This document shows positions 8,471 through 18,176 of a stretch of 38,031 bases of DNA, piece after piece (the first letter of the stretch is position 1; the number at the start of each line of letters is the position of its first letter). A model generated the notes under the pieces. The model saw nothing but the letters and a program-made list of their open reading frames with translations, was not told the DNA's origin and did no database searches. Origin of the DNA: Burkholderiales bacterium (lineage in GTDB: Bacteria; Pseudomonadota; Gammaproteobacteria; Burkholderiales; Burkholderiaceae_C); assembly GCA_031419635.1 (NCBI GenBank), contig JANOKY010000184.1, positions 1-38,031 on the forward strand. The letters run 5' to 3'. The position numbers and the translations under genes were made by a program.

Positions 8471-9046
8471 ATGACGATCGAAGCCTTCGCCGTCAGCACC
8501 GGCGTCGTCGCGCTGGGCGAGATGGGCGACAAGACGCAACTGCTGGCGCTGCTGTTGGCCGCGCGCTTTCAGGCCCCGCGGCCGATCGTCGCCGGCATCC
8601 TCGTCGCCACCCTGGCGAACCACGCGCTGGCCGCGGCGCTCGGCGCCTGGCTGACGCAGCTCGTCGATCCGGCGTGGCTGCGCTGGGGCCTCGGCCTGTC
8701 GTTCATCGCGGTCGCCCTGTGGATGCTGGTGCCCGACCAGGTGGACGCCGCCGCCGAGGGCGCCGAGCGCCCGCGCTTCGGCGTCTTCGGCGTCACCGTG
8801 ATCGCCTTTTTCCTGGCCGAGATGGGCGACAAGACGCAGATCGCCACCGTGATGCTGGCCGCGCGCTACAACGCACTCGTCACGGTGACGGCCGGCACCA
8901 CGCTGGGCATGATGATCGCCAACGTGCCTGCGGTGCTGCTCGGCGACAAGGTCGTCAAGTTCGTGCCGATCGCCTGGGTCCACCGCATCGCGGCGGCGCT
9001 GTTCGCGGCCATCGGCGTGGCAGTCCTGGCGGGCATCGGTTCGTAG
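8471..9046 (+). CDS. UPF0016 (GDT1/TMEM165) family membrane protein, putative Mn2+/Ca2+ transporter
   Basis: ORF 8411..9046 trimmed to ATG 8471. The two characteristic E-x-G-D-K-T/S repeats are present: LGEMGDKTQLLAL and LAEMGDKTQIATV. Confidence 0.88.
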   Translation: MTIEAFAVSTGVVALGEMGDKTQLLALLLAARFQAPRPIVAGILVATLANHALAAALGAWLTQLVDPAWLRWGLGLSFIAVALWMLVPDQVDAAAEGAERPRFGVFGVTVIAFFLAEMGDKTQIATVMLAARYNALVTVTAGTTLGMMIANVPAVLLGDKVVKFVPIAWVHRIAAALFAAIGVAVLAGIGS

Positions 9047-9061
9047 CTTTATGCTGTGACG

Positions 9062-9562
9062 ATGGACACGCCGACCCCCCTGCCCGCGCTGGAACCGTTG
9101 ACGGGCGGCTGCCTGTGCGGCCGCATTCGCTACCGCGCCACGCCCGACCACCGCGACGGCTACTACTGCCATTGCCGGATGTGCCAACTGGCTTTCGGCA
9201 ACACCCGCGCCGCGTACTTCAACCTGCGCAAGAGCGAAGTGCAGTGGCTGGCTGAAGTGCCGAGCTACTACGCCTCGTCGAAGATCGCCCGTCGCGGCTT
9301 TTGCAACCACTGCGGCACGCCACTGTCGTTCGAGTACCTCGACAGCCAGCGCATGGACCTGTCGGTCGGCAGCCTCGACGAGCCGTCGCTGTTCAAACCC
9401 ACCGAGCATTTCGGGGCCGAGTCGCGCATCGCCGCCTGGCACGTGGCCGATGGCCTGCCCGAAAAGCGGATCGACGACTTTTCGCCGATTGTCGAGCGCT
9501 GGCGCAAGGCCTACGGCGAGGCGGTAGAACCCGGCGTCGCGGCCACCCGGCCCACCCCATGA
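9062..9562 (+). CDS. GFA (glutathione-dependent formaldehyde-activating / CENP-V) family protein
   Basis: Cys-rich zinc motifs GGCLCGRIRY, CHCRMCQ and FCNHCGTPL. The start is ATG 9062 or GTG 9056. Confidence 0.85.
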   Translation: MDTPTPLPALEPLTGGCLCGRIRYRATPDHRDGYYCHCRMCQLAFGNTRAAYFNLRKSEVQWLAEVPSYYASSKIARRGFCNHCGTPLSFEYLDSQRMDLSVGSLDEPSLFKPTEHFGAESRIAAWHVADGLPEKRIDDFSPIVERWRKAYGEAVEPGVAATRPTP

Positions 9563-10110
9563 GCGAGAACCGGCTGGCCGAGTGGCAGGCCGACGAAGCC
9601 GCGCTGCGCGCGCGGATGACGCTGCCCTACGGCACGTTCGCGGCGGCGGACGCCAGCGCGCGGCCAGGCCTGGCCGTGCTGCGCGACGTGATCGCCGGGC
9701 GCTTGCCGCAGGCACCGATGGGGCAGGCCTTGGAGTACCTGCTGATCCATGTGGCGCATGGCGAGGCCACGTTCCAGGGCCGCCCCGGCCCGCGTTTCAT
9801 GAACCCGATGGGCGGCCTGCACGGCGGCTGGTACGCCGCCCTGCTCGACTCGGCCGTCGGCTGCGCGGTGCACACCACGCTGAAGCCCGGCCGCGCCTAC
9901 ACCACGCTCGAGTTCAAGATGAACCTGGTGCGCGCCATCGGGCCCGAGGCGCAACTCATGCGCGCCGAAGGCCGCACCCTGCACGTCGGCCGCCAGACCG
10001 CCACGGCCGAAGGCAAACTCGTCGGCCCCGATGGCAAGCTGTACGCCCACGCCACCACCACCTGCCTGTTCTTCGACCTGCCTGCTGCCGCAGCACAATC
10101 AAAGCCATGA
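9559..10110 (+). CDS. PaaI-family hotdog-fold thioesterase
   Basis: ORF 9301..10110 trimmed to ATG 9559, which forms an ATGA overlap with the GFA stop. Contains NPMGGLHGGWYAALLDSAVGCAV, typical of PaaI/YbgC-like thioesterases. Confidence 0.8.
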   Translation: MSENRLAEWQADEAALRARMTLPYGTFAAADASARPGLAVLRDVIAGRLPQAPMGQALEYLLIHVAHGEATFQGRPGPRFMNPMGGLHGGWYAALLDSAVGCAVHTTLKPGRAYTTLEFKMNLVRAIGPEAQLMRAEGRTLHVGRQTATAEGKLVGPDGKLYAHATTTCLFFDLPAAAAQSKP

Positions 10111-10526
10111 AATACCTGCACACCATGGTCCGCGTGACCGACATCGAAGCTTCGCTGCGCTTTTACCGCGACGCCCTCGGCCTGGAACTGCTCTCGCGCC
10201 GCGACAACGAGGCCGGCCGCTTCACCTTGGTCTTCCTGGCCGCGCCGGGCGATCACAGTGCGCAGGTCGAGCTGACGCACAACTGGGATCCGGAGGCCTA
10301 CAGCGGCGGGCGCAACTTCGGCCACCTGGCCTACGAAGTGGCCGACATCCACGCCACCTGCCAGCGCCTGATCGACCACGGCGTGACCATCAACCGGCCG
10401 CCGCGCGACGGCCGGATGGCCTTCGTGCGCTCGCCCGACAACATCTCGGTCGAGCTGCTGCAGGCCGGTGCGGCGCTGGCGCCGGTCGAGCCCTGGAAAT
10501 CGATGCCCAACACCGGCGCCTGGTAG
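10107..10526 (+). CDS. gloA: Lactoylglutathione lyase (glyoxalase I) / VOC family
   Basis: ATG 10107 forms an ATGA overlap with the upstream stop. MKYLHTMVRVTDIEASLRFYRDALGL ... ELTHNWD ... GHLAYEV ... ISVELLQ matches the Ni-type GloA layout. Confidence 0.85.
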   Translation: MKYLHTMVRVTDIEASLRFYRDALGLELLSRRDNEAGRFTLVFLAAPGDHSAQVELTHNWDPEAYSGGRNFGHLAYEVADIHATCQRLIDHGVTINRPPRDGRMAFVRSPDNISVELLQAGAALAPVEPWKSMPNTGAW

Positions 10527-10528
10527 GC

Positions 10529-11146
10529 ATGTACCTGCCCAAGCACTTTGAGCAGAACGACCGGGCCGTGCTGGCCGCGGCGATGCAGGCGCAGCCACTG
10601 GCCACGCTGATTGTCGACACGCCCAACGGGCCGACCGCCGACCTGATCCCGCTCGAATTCCATCTGCATGTCGGTGCGCACGGCGCGCTGCGTGGCCATG
10701 TGGCGCGCGCCAACCCGCTCTGGCGCGAGGCCGGCGCGCAAGTGCTGGCGGTGTTCCACGGCCCGCAGGCCTATGTCTCGCCGGGCTGGTATGCGAGCAA
10801 GCGCGAGCATGGCAAGGTGGTGCCGACCTGGAACTACACCATGGTGCAGGCCCGCGGCACGCTGCGCGCGGTCGACGATGCGCCGTGGGTGCGCGCGCTG
10901 GTCGGCCGCCTGACCGAGCAGCACGAAGCGACGCAGGCCGCGCCGTGGTCGGTGCGCGATGCACCCGACGACTTTGTGCAGCAGATGCTGCGCGCGATCG
11001 TCGGAATCGAGATCGAATTGGCCTCGCTGGTGGGCAAGTGGAAGCTCAGCCAGAACCGCAGCGCGGCCGATCGCGAAGGCACAGCGCTTGGCTTGGGCGA
11101 GCACGCGCTGGCAGCGCTGGTCCGCAACCCATCCGCGTCAGCGTAG
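10529..11146 (+). CDS. FMN-binding negative transcriptional regulator (PaiB family)
   Basis: ATG 10529 lies 2 nt after the gloA stop. N-terminus [28 protein letters not shown]. Contains [14 protein letters not shown] and KLSQNR, typical of PaiB. Confidence 0.85.
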   Translation: MYLPKHFEQNDRAVLAAAMQAQPLATLIVDTPNGPTADLIPLEFHLHVGAHGALRGHVARANPLWREAGAQVLAVFHGPQAYVSPGWYASKREHGKVVPTWNYTMVQARGTLRAVDDAPWVRALVGRLTEQHEATQAAPWSVRDAPDDFVQQMLRAIVGIEIELASLVGKWKLSQNRSAADREGTALGLGEHALAALVRNPSASA

Positions 11147-11779
11147 TGCAGAGGCCTCGCGCGCCAGGCGCGTGACACACGCCCAATCACCGCTGTCGAG
11201 CGCATCGCCCGGCGTCAACCACGAGCCGCCGCAGACCTTGACGTTGGCCAGCGCCAAAAACTGCGGCGCGGTCTCGAGCGTGATGCCGCCGGTGGGGCAG
11301 AACACCACGTCGGGGAAGGGTCCGGCCAGCGCTTTCAACATCGCCACGCCACCCGCGGCCGTGGCCGGAAAGAACTTCAGAAACGTCAGGCCGTCGGCGT
11401 TGGCGGCCATCACTTCGCTGGCGGTGGCCACGCCGGGCAGCAGCGGCTGTTGGTCCGCGCGGCAGGCCGCGCCGATCTCCAGCGTGTAGCCGGGGCTGAC
11501 GCCGAACTGGCAGCCGGCGTCACGCGCGGCGCGCACATCGGCCACCGTGCGCAGCGTGCCGGCGCCGACGATGGCCTCGGGCACGGCGCGCGCGATCGCT
11601 TCAATGCAGGCCAGCGCGGCCGGCGTGCGCAGCGTCACTTCGAGCACGCGCACGCCGCCTTCGACCAGGGCGCGCGCCATCGGCACCGCGTGCTCCACGC
11701 GCTGCAACACGATGACCGGAATGACGGGGCCGAGCGCAAGCAGTTCCAAGGTGTTCTTGATCACGATGCCGTCCTTCAC
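11138..11779 (-). CDS. eda: 2-dehydro-3-deoxy-phosphogluconate (KDPG) / 4-hydroxy-2-oxoglutarate aldolase
   Basis: VIPVIVL...[24 protein letters not shown] motifs, and the Schiff-base Lys region LKFFPA. Confidence 0.92.
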   Translation of the reverse strand: MKDGIVIKNTLELLALGPVIPVIVLQRVEHAVPMARALVEGGVRVLEVTLRTPAALACIEAIARAVPEAIVGAGTLRTVADVRAARDAGCQFGVSPGYTLEIGAACRADQQPLLPGVATASEVMAANADGLTFLKFFPATAAGGVAMLKALAGPFPDVVFCPTGGITLETAPQFLALANVKVCGGSWLTPGDALDSGDWACVTRLAREASALR

Positions 11780-13596
11780 AACCAGGTGCAGGCGCCCTGC
11801 TCGGCGCTGCTGACGTTTTTGCGCATGCCACCGAACAGCTCGCGGCCCAGGCCATGGGCATTGGCCTCGGCGAGTTCGGCGCTGATGTGCACGTTGTTGC
11901 GTGCAACCCAGGTCGCCTCGTCGACCAGTGCATCGAGCGTGCCGGCCACGGCGTCGAGGCGGATGATGTCGCCGGTGACGACCTTGGCCAGTGCACCGCC
12001 GGCCAGTGCCTCGGGGCTGACGTGGATCGCAGCCGGCACCTTGCCCGAGGCGCCGCTCATGCGCCCGTCCGTGACCAGTGCGACCTTGAAGCCTTTGTCT
12101 TGCAATACCGCCAGCGGTGGCGTCAGCTTGTGCAGCTCGGGCATGCCGTTGGCGTGCGGGCCCTGGAAGCGCACCACGGCCACCAGGTCGCGCTCGAGCT
12201 CACCGGCCTTGAAGGCCGCATGCAGCGCTTCCTGGCTGTCGAAGACGATGGCCGGGGCTTCGATGACCCAGCGGTCTTCGGACACCGCGCTGGTCTTGAT
12301 CACGGCGCGGCCGAGGTTGCCCTCCAAGAGGCGCAGGCCGCCGCTGGTGGAGAACGGCCGCGCGGCGGGGCGCACGATCGATTCGTCGCCGCTGTCTTGC
12401 GGCCAGGCGCGCCAGACCAGTTTCGCGCTGGCGTGTTCCAGCGCCGGCTCGTCGGCGTAGGCGCGGATGCCGCGCTCGCTGACCGTCGCCACATCGGCGT
12501 GCAGGTAGCCGGCATCGAGCAATTCGCGCAGCACGAAGCCCGGGCCACCGGCCGCCTGGAACTGGTTCACGTCGGCGCTGCCATTGGGGTACACGCGCGC
12601 CAGAAGCGGCACCGCGGCCGAGAGGTCGGAGAAGTCGGTCCAGTCGATCACGATGCCGGCCGCGCGTGCGACGGCCACCCAGTGGATCAAATGATTTGTC
12701 GAGCCGCCGGTGGCCAGCAACGCGACCATCGCGTTGACGATGCAGCGCTCATCGACGAGCTGGCCGATCGGGGTGAAACGCCGCGCCTTGATGATGCCCA
12801 GGGCCATGCGCACCGCCTCGCGCGTCAGCGCTTCGCGCAGCTCGGCGTGCGGATGCACGAAGGCTGCGCCGGGCACATGCAGGCCCATCGCTTCGAGCAG
12901 CATCTGGTTGCTGTTGGCGGTGCCGTAGAAGGTGCAGGTGCCGGCACCGTGGTACGCGGCGCTCTCGGCTTCGAGCAATTCAGGCCGGCCGACTAGGCCC
13001 TGGGCGTGGCGCTCGCGGACCTTCGATTTGGCCGCGTTCGACAGACCCGTGCTCATCGGCCCGGCGGGCACGAAGACGCACGGCAGGTGGCCGAAGTGCA
13101 GCGCGCCGATCAGCAGGCCGGGCACGATCTTGTCGCACACGCCGAGCAGCAGCGCGGCGTCGAACATGTCGTGGGTCAATGCGATCGCCGTGCCTTGCGC
13201 GATGTTGTCGCGCGAGAACAGGCTCAGCTCCATGCCGGGCAGGCCCTGCGTCACGCCGTCGCACATCGCGGGCACGCCGCCGGCCACCTGCACCGTGGCG
13301 CCGAGCCGGTGCGCTTCGTCGCGGATGACGGCCGGAAAATTTTCATACGGCTGGTGCGCCGACAGCATGTCGTTGTACGAGGTGACGATGGCGATGTGCG
13401 GCGCGCGCTCGGCGACGATCTTCAGCTTGTCGTTGGCCGGCATGGCGGCCACGGCGTGGGCCACATTGGCGCAGCCCAGGCGGTCGCTGCCGCGGGGCCG
13501 CGCGGCCAGCACCGCCAGCCGCGCCAGGTAGGCGCGGCGCAGCGGCGCGCTGCGCTCGCGGATGCGCTCGGTGACGTCGATCAGGGCAGGTTTCAT
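11776..13596 (-). CDS. edd: Phosphogluconate dehydratase
   Basis: 606-aa IlvD/Edd family protein: [45 protein letters not shown]. Its stop overlaps the eda start by 4 nt. Confidence 0.93.
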   Translation of the reverse strand: MKPALIDVTERIRERSAPLRRAYLARLAVLAARPRGSDRLGCANVAHAVAAMPANDKLKIVAERAPHIAIVTSYNDMLSAHQPYENFPAVIRDEAHRLGATVQVAGGVPAMCDGVTQGLPGMELSLFSRDNIAQGTAIALTHDMFDAALLLGVCDKIVPGLLIGALHFGHLPCVFVPAGPMSTGLSNAAKSKVRERHAQGLVGRPELLEAESAAYHGAGTCTFYGTANSNQMLLEAMGLHVPGAAFVHPHAELREALTREAVRMALGIIKARRFTPIGQLVDERCIVNAMVALLATGGSTNHLIHWVAVARAAGIVIDWTDFSDLSAAVPLLARVYPNGSADVNQFQAAGGPGFVLRELLDAGYLHADVATVSERGIRAYADEPALEHASAKLVWRAWPQDSGDESIVRPAARPFSTSGGLRLLEGNLGRAVIKTSAVSEDRWVIEAPAIVFDSQEALHAAFKAGELERDLVAVVRFQGPHANGMPELHKLTPPLAVLQDKGFKVALVTDGRMSGASGKVPAAIHVSPEALAGGALAKVVTGDIIRLDAVAGTLDALVDEATWVARNNVHISAELAEANAHGLGRELFGGMRKNVSSAEQGACTWL

Positions 13597-13610
13597 GGCA
13601 CAGGCCGAGG

Positions 13611-13650
13611 ATGTAACTATGATGCTGATTTTCTAGTAATCGGGTTACAT
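13611..13650. promoter_or_regulatory. Candidate operator/promoter region in the divergent edd / chaC gap
   Basis: AT-rich island with ATGTAAC (13611-17) and GTTACAT (13644-50) inverted 7-mers. Also a tighter imperfect palindrome tAGTAAT-cgg-GTTACAt (13634-50). Confidence 0.35.
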
Positions 13651-13683
13651 CGTCAATGCCCGTCGGTGTCATGATCGCGGCGC

Positions 13684-14301
13684 ATGGAGCCCCCTGACGA
13701 CGACACGATCCGCGTGCCGCCACTGCGCGACCCGCAGGCGCTGCTGGCGCGCGCACACCACGAATGGGGTGGTCTCAAGGATCTCTGGGTGTTCGGCTAT
13801 GCCTCGCTGCTGTGGCGTCCCGAATTCGCCTTCAAGGAGCACCGGCCGGCGCAGGTGCATGGCTGGCATCGCGCGCTGCGCATGGCCTCGCGCATCAACC
13901 GCGGCACGCCCGAGCGGCCGGGCCTGGTGTTCGCGCTGCTGCCTGGCGGCTCATGCCACGGCGCCGTGTACCGCATCCCGCGCAGCCAGGTGCCGGCCGA
14001 GTTGGAGCGGCTGTGGCGGCGCGAGATGCCCACCGGCGTGTACGACCCGCGCTGGCTGGCCTGCCGCACGGCGCAGGGCCCCGTGCAGGCGCTGGCCTTC
14101 ACGTTGTCGCGGCGCAGCCCGCAGCACACCGGCCGACTGCCCGACGCGCAGTTGATCGAGATCCTGCGCCACGCCAGTGGGCGCTACGGCACGACGCTCG
14201 AGTACCTGCTGGAAACCGCCCGCGCGCTGCAAGACCGCGGCGTGCGCGACCTCGAGATCGAGCGCCTGGTGGCCCTGGCGCGGCGCCACCGGCTGGCCTG
14301 A
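13684..14301 (+). CDS. chaC: ChaC-family gamma-glutamylcyclotransferase
   Basis: LWVFGYASLLWRPEF, VHGWHRAL, PGLVFAL and LWRREM segments align by eye with E. coli ChaC. Confidence 0.85.
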   Translation: MEPPDDDTIRVPPLRDPQALLARAHHEWGGLKDLWVFGYASLLWRPEFAFKEHRPAQVHGWHRALRMASRINRGTPERPGLVFALLPGGSCHGAVYRIPRSQVPAELERLWRREMPTGVYDPRWLACRTAQGPVQALAFTLSRRSPQHTGRLPDAQLIEILRHASGRYGTTLEYLLETARALQDRGVRDLEIERLVALARRHRLA

Positions 14302-14311
14302 AGCGCGACGA

Positions 14312-14944
14312 TCAGCGCAGCGGCGGCAGGCGGGCTGCCGTGCTGCTGCCACCCTGCACTGCGCGCAGCGCGGCCAGGTCTTGCAAGGTGTTGATGTCGA
14401 CGAGCACGCCGGGGTCGTCGATCTCGACCGCCTCAGCCGGGTAGCGCGCCACCAGCCGGCGCGCACCTTCGTCGCCGGTCAAGGCCACCAGCTCCGAATA
14501 CAGCTCGGCAGCAAAGCCCACCGGGTGGCCGCGCCGGCCGCGGTACTGGGCGTACGCCACCGCGTGGGTCTGCAGCGCCTCGGCCACCCGCACCAGCGTG
14601 GCCGGGCGCACCTGCGGCATGTCGGCCGGCAACACCAGCCAGCCCGTGGCATCGGCGCGCGCCGACACGCCGGCGGCGATCGAGTCGCCCATGCCGCGGC
14701 TGCGCAGCGGCGGCAGCACGACGACGTCGCGCGCGGCCACCTGCTGATGCGCCAGCGGCGCCAGCTCGGCTGTGGTCACCACCAGCACCGGCAGGCGGCT
14801 GGCGATGGCATTGCGCAGCGTCACGCTGAGCACGGCACCGGCGTCGCCGGGTTCGTGCAGCGCCTGCGCGAGTTTGTGCCCGGCGCCGGCAAAGCGGCTG
14901 CCCAGGCCAGCGGCAAGCACGATCACGGTGACAGGCGGGTTCAT
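14312..14944 (-). CDS. NTP_transf_3 nucleotidyltransferase (MobA/MocA-like molybdenum-cofactor nucleotidyltransferase family)
   Basis: ORF 14312..15235 trimmed to ATG 14944 (MNPPVTVIVLAAGLGSRF). Contains a LPADMP motif. Confidence 0.75.
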   Translation of the reverse strand: MNPPVTVIVLAAGLGSRFAGAGHKLAQALHEPGDAGAVLSVTLRNAIASRLPVLVVTTAELAPLAHQQVAARDVVVLPPLRSRGMGDSIAAGVSARADATGWLVLPADMPQVRPATLVRVAEALQTHAVAYAQYRGRRGHPVGFAAELYSELVALTGDEGARRLVARYPAEAVEIDDPGVLVDINTLQDLAALRAVQGGSSTAARLPPLR

Positions 14945-15090
14945 GGCAGGAGGCGCTCGAGGGGTGCGAAATCGATGTTGCGATGGCATCAAGAATCGGC
15001 TGCCAGCGCCGCCGCCGTAACTGGGGCCATCACCTAAGGCCTTCCACGTAAGCAGTAGTGGGTATGTCGTGGCGCGTTTATGCTGCTGGC

Positions 15091-15741
15091 ATGGACGCCA
15101 AGGAGATCGCCGCGCTGCGCAAGAGCTACGAGCGCGCCGAGCTCGACGAGGCCGCGTCGCACGCCGACCCGCTACAGCAGTTCGAGCGCTGGCTCGGCGA
15201 GGCCATCGCGGCGGCATTGCCCGAACCAAATGCAATGACGCTGGCCACGGTGGGCAACAGTGGCCGGCCGTCGACCCGGGTGGTGCTGATCAAAGGCTGC
15301 GACGCGCACGGCATCGTCTGGTACACCAACTACGAAAGCCGCAAGGGCCACGAGCTGGCGGCGCAGCCGTTCGCGGCGCTGCAATTCCATTGGGTCGAGC
15401 TCGAGCGCGTGGTGCGCATCGAGGGCCGCGTCGAGCGCGTCAGCGAGGCAGAGAGCGACGCCTACTTCAAGACCCGGCCGCTGGACTCGCGCATCGGCGC
15501 CTGGGCCTCGCCGCAAAGCGAGGTCATCGGTTCGCGCGCGGTTCTGGTGGCCAACGCGGCGAAGTACGCCGCCCGCTATGCGCTGAACCCGCCGCGGCCG
15601 CCGCATTGGGGCGGCTACCGTCTGCGGCCCGAGCGCTGGGAGTTCTGGCAGGGCCGCAAGAGCCGGCTGCACGACCGCCTGTGCTACCGCCTGGCAGACA
15701 GCGGCAGCACAGCCTGGCTGCGCGAGCGCCTGGCACCGTAA
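15091..15741 (+). CDS. pdxH: Pyridoxamine 5'-phosphate oxidase
   Basis: ORF 15058..15741. ATG 15091 ([14 protein letters not shown]) aligns with the E. coli PdxH N-terminus. Also [48 protein letters not shown], and C-terminal RLAP. Confidence 0.92.
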   Translation: MDAKEIAALRKSYERAELDEAASHADPLQQFERWLGEAIAAALPEPNAMTLATVGNSGRPSTRVVLIKGCDAHGIVWYTNYESRKGHELAAQPFAALQFHWVELERVVRIEGRVERVSEAESDAYFKTRPLDSRIGAWASPQSEVIGSRAVLVANAAKYAARYALNPPRPPHWGGYRLRPERWEFWQGRKSRLHDRLCYRLADSGSTAWLRERLAP

Positions 15742-15786
15742 CGCACTGCGCCTGCGCGGCCGATCGACGGCGGCGCCGCGAGCGCT

Positions 15787-16320
15787 CTACGCCCGCTTCG
15801 AGCGTGCGGCAAAGCTGCGCTTGAACTTCTCCACCTTCGGCGCGACGACGAAGGCGCAGTAGCCCTGGCCCGGGTGATTGGCGAAGTAATGCTGGTGGTA
15901 GTCCTCGGCACGCGAGTAGTTGGCCAGCGCCTTGACTTCGGTGACGACACGGCCCTTGTGGGCGGCGTTGGCTTCGGCCAGCACGTCGCGCGCGATGGCC
16001 TCCTGCTCGGCGGTGTGGAAGTAAATGCCCGAGCGGTATTGCGTGCCACTGTCGTTGCCCTGGCGGTTCGGCGTGGTCGGGTCGTGGACGTGGAAGAAGA
16101 TCTCGAGCACCTCGCGTAGCGTGATGCGAGCGTTGTCGAAGCTCACGCGAACGACCTCGTTGTGGCCGGTGTCGCCGCTACAGACCTGCTCGTAGCTCGG
16201 GTTCAGGGTGTGCCCGTTGCTGTAGCCCGATTCGACCGCGGTGACGCCGTCGACCTGCTCGTACACCGCTTCGGTGCACCAGAAACAGCCGCCGCCGAGG
16301 GTGATGATTTCGTCTGCCAT
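15787..16320 (-). CDS. msrA: Peptide-methionine (S)-S-oxide reductase
   Basis: GGGCFWCTEAVY active-site motif and the GYCAFVV region. AAGGAG RBS upstream. Confidence 0.93.
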   Translation of the reverse strand: MADEIITLGGGCFWCTEAVYEQVDGVTAVESGYSNGHTLNPSYEQVCSGDTGHNEVVRVSFDNARITLREVLEIFFHVHDPTTPNRQGNDSGTQYRSGIYFHTAEQEAIARDVLAEANAAHKGRVVTEVKALANYSRAEDYHQHYFANHPGQGYCAFVVAPKVEKFKRSFAARSKRA

Positions 16321-16444
16321 GATGGGCTCCTTGAGTCAGGAGCGGTGGTCGCCGACGCTGCCCTGCCCCTTACATGCCCGCCATTATCAACAGACTCGCA
16401 CTGCCAAGCGCACGCCGCGGATCGGGCTTTGCCCGGCCGCTGGC

Positions 16445-16484
16445 GTGGCCCCCTTGAGGGGGAGCGGCGAAGCCGCTTCGGGGG
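16445..16484 (+). repeat. GC-rich palindromic intergenic element (REP-like), copy B
   Basis: GTGGCCCCC-ttga-GGGGG followed by AGCGGC-gaa-GCCGCT, then TCGGGGG. It ends 9 nt from the stop codon (16494-96) of the minus-strand helicase gene. Confidence 0.55.
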
Positions 16485-16493
16485 TGGTTCAAT

Positions 16494-17900
16494 TCAACGG
16501 CTGAAGGCACTCGCCCGCTTGGGCTTGAACGCGCCGCCGGGCTTGCGCGCACCGGCCGGGCCGGCGCCGAAGCGCGGCTTTCGATCGAACGGCTTGCCGC
16601 CACCGCCGAAGCTGCCTTCGCTGCGGAAGCCGGCGCTGCCTGTGGTGCGCGGCGCCGCTTTCTTCGGCTCGAGGCCGACGATGGTGGCCACCGGGATGGC
16701 CTGGGTCGTGAACTGCTGGATGCGGCGGATCATGCCGGCATCGCCCGCTTCGGCCAGCGTGACGGCCAGGCCCTGGCGGCCGGCGCGGCCGGTGCGGCCG
16801 ATGCGGTGAACATAGTCCTCGGCCTTCATCGGCAGGCCGAAGTTGATGACATGGCTGATCGTCGGCACGTCGATGCCGCGCGCGGCCACATCGGTGGCCA
16901 CCAGCACGCGCAGCTTGCGCGAACGCAGGCCTTGCAGCACATGGTTGCGCCGGCCCTGCGGCAGGCCGCCGTGCAGCGAAGCCACCGCATGGCCCATGTC
17001 GGCCAGGCGGTCGGCCAGCCAGTCGGCGTCGCGCTGCGTGCTGGTGAAGACCAGGGCCTGGTCGACTTCACGCGTCGTCAGCAGGTGGTCCAGCAGGGCC
17101 TGCTTGTGCTTGTTGTCGTCGGCCCAGTGCAGGCGCTGCTCGATGTGCTCGTGGGTGTCGGTGTGCGAGGTCACGGCGATGGTTTGGGCATCGGCCTTGA
17201 GCAGTTCGCTGGACAGGCGACCGACATTGCCGGCGAAGGTGGCGCTGTACATCATCGTTTGGCGCGTCTTCGGAATGCACTCGGCGATGAAGCGGATGTC
17301 GTCGATGAAGCCCATGTCGAGCATGCGGTCAGCTTCGTCGAGCACCAGCATGGCCACGTTGTCGAGCACCAGCTTGCCGCTCTTGACATGGTCGATCAGG
17401 CGGCCGGGCGTGGCGATCAGCACATCCAGCGGGCCGCGCATGGCCTTCAATTGCGCACCGTAAGGCACGCCGCCGACGACGGTGGCCACACGCAGGCCCT
17501 GCACATGGCGGCCGTAGGTGTCGGTGGCCTTGGCGACCTGGATCGCCAGCTCGCGCGTGGGCGTCAGCACCAGCACGCGCGGGCCGTAGACAGTGCCGCG
17601 CTCGCGGCGCTCGCTGCTGGCACGCACGTCGAGCACGCCTTGCAGGGCGGGCAGCACGAAGGACGCCGTCTTGCCGCTGCCGGTGGACGAGGACACGCGC
17701 AGGTCACGGCCGGCCAGGGCCGGGGTGATGGCCCGCGCCTGCACGTCGGTTGGGGTGGTGTAGCCGGCGTCAGCCAGCGCGCGGTGCAAAACGGCGTGCA
17801 GCGCGATCGCGGCAAAGCCGTTCGGCACGGCGGGCGCTGCGGGGGTGGGCGTCGGAGCGGCGCCCTGTTGATCTTGTTCGATCTGGTTTTCGGTGAACAT
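16494..17900 (-). CDS. DEAD-box ATP-dependent RNA helicase (RhlE-like)
   Basis: ORF 16494..18482 trimmed to ATG 17900 (MFTENQIEQ). Motifs: Q-motif/TPTDVQ, I (SSTGSGKTASF), II (VLDEADRMLD), III (SAT), VI (HRIGRTGRAG). Gly/Arg/Lys-rich C-terminal tail. Confidence 0.9.
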   Translation of the reverse strand: MFTENQIEQDQQGAAPTPTPAAPAVPNGFAAIALHAVLHRALADAGYTTPTDVQARAITPALAGRDLRVSSSTGSGKTASFVLPALQGVLDVRASSERRERGTVYGPRVLVLTPTRELAIQVAKATDTYGRHVQGLRVATVVGGVPYGAQLKAMRGPLDVLIATPGRLIDHVKSGKLVLDNVAMLVLDEADRMLDMGFIDDIRFIAECIPKTRQTMMYSATFAGNVGRLSSELLKADAQTIAVTSHTDTHEHIEQRLHWADDNKHKQALLDHLLTTREVDQALVFTSTQRDADWLADRLADMGHAVASLHGGLPQGRRNHVLQGLRSRKLRVLVATDVAARGIDVPTISHVINFGLPMKAEDYVHRIGRTGRAGRQGLAVTLAEAGDAGMIRRIQQFTTQAIPVATIVGLEPKKAAPRTTGSAGFRSEGSFGGGGKPFDRKPRFGAGPAGARKPGGAFKPKRASAFSR

Positions 17901-18170
17901 CTCGGTAGCTCTTTCGAATTCAGCGCACGCACGCAGGCACACACCGGCGCGTGCACGAAAGCGCACGCGCTGAGTCAAGTCGCGGCAGGCTGAACGTGGG
18001 AGCCTGAGACAGGCACCAACAACGGACGGGTCCAAGCGACGGCATCGCCGCCAACCAACGTCCGCATCTGCATTCAGAGCGGCACGCACCGAAAGCCGAA
18101 AAGGCAGGTGCACAAGGCCAGAGGGGATGAACGAACGGCTTCGACGAAACCCATCGAAACCGTGGGTCGC

Positions 18171-18176
18171 ATTGTA
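18171..18176 (-). promoter_or_regulatory. Possible -10 (TACAAT) for the helicase gene
   Basis: The minus strand reads ttgcgcTACAATgcgaccc. This would give a leader of about 260 nt. No good -35 element. Confidence 0.25.
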
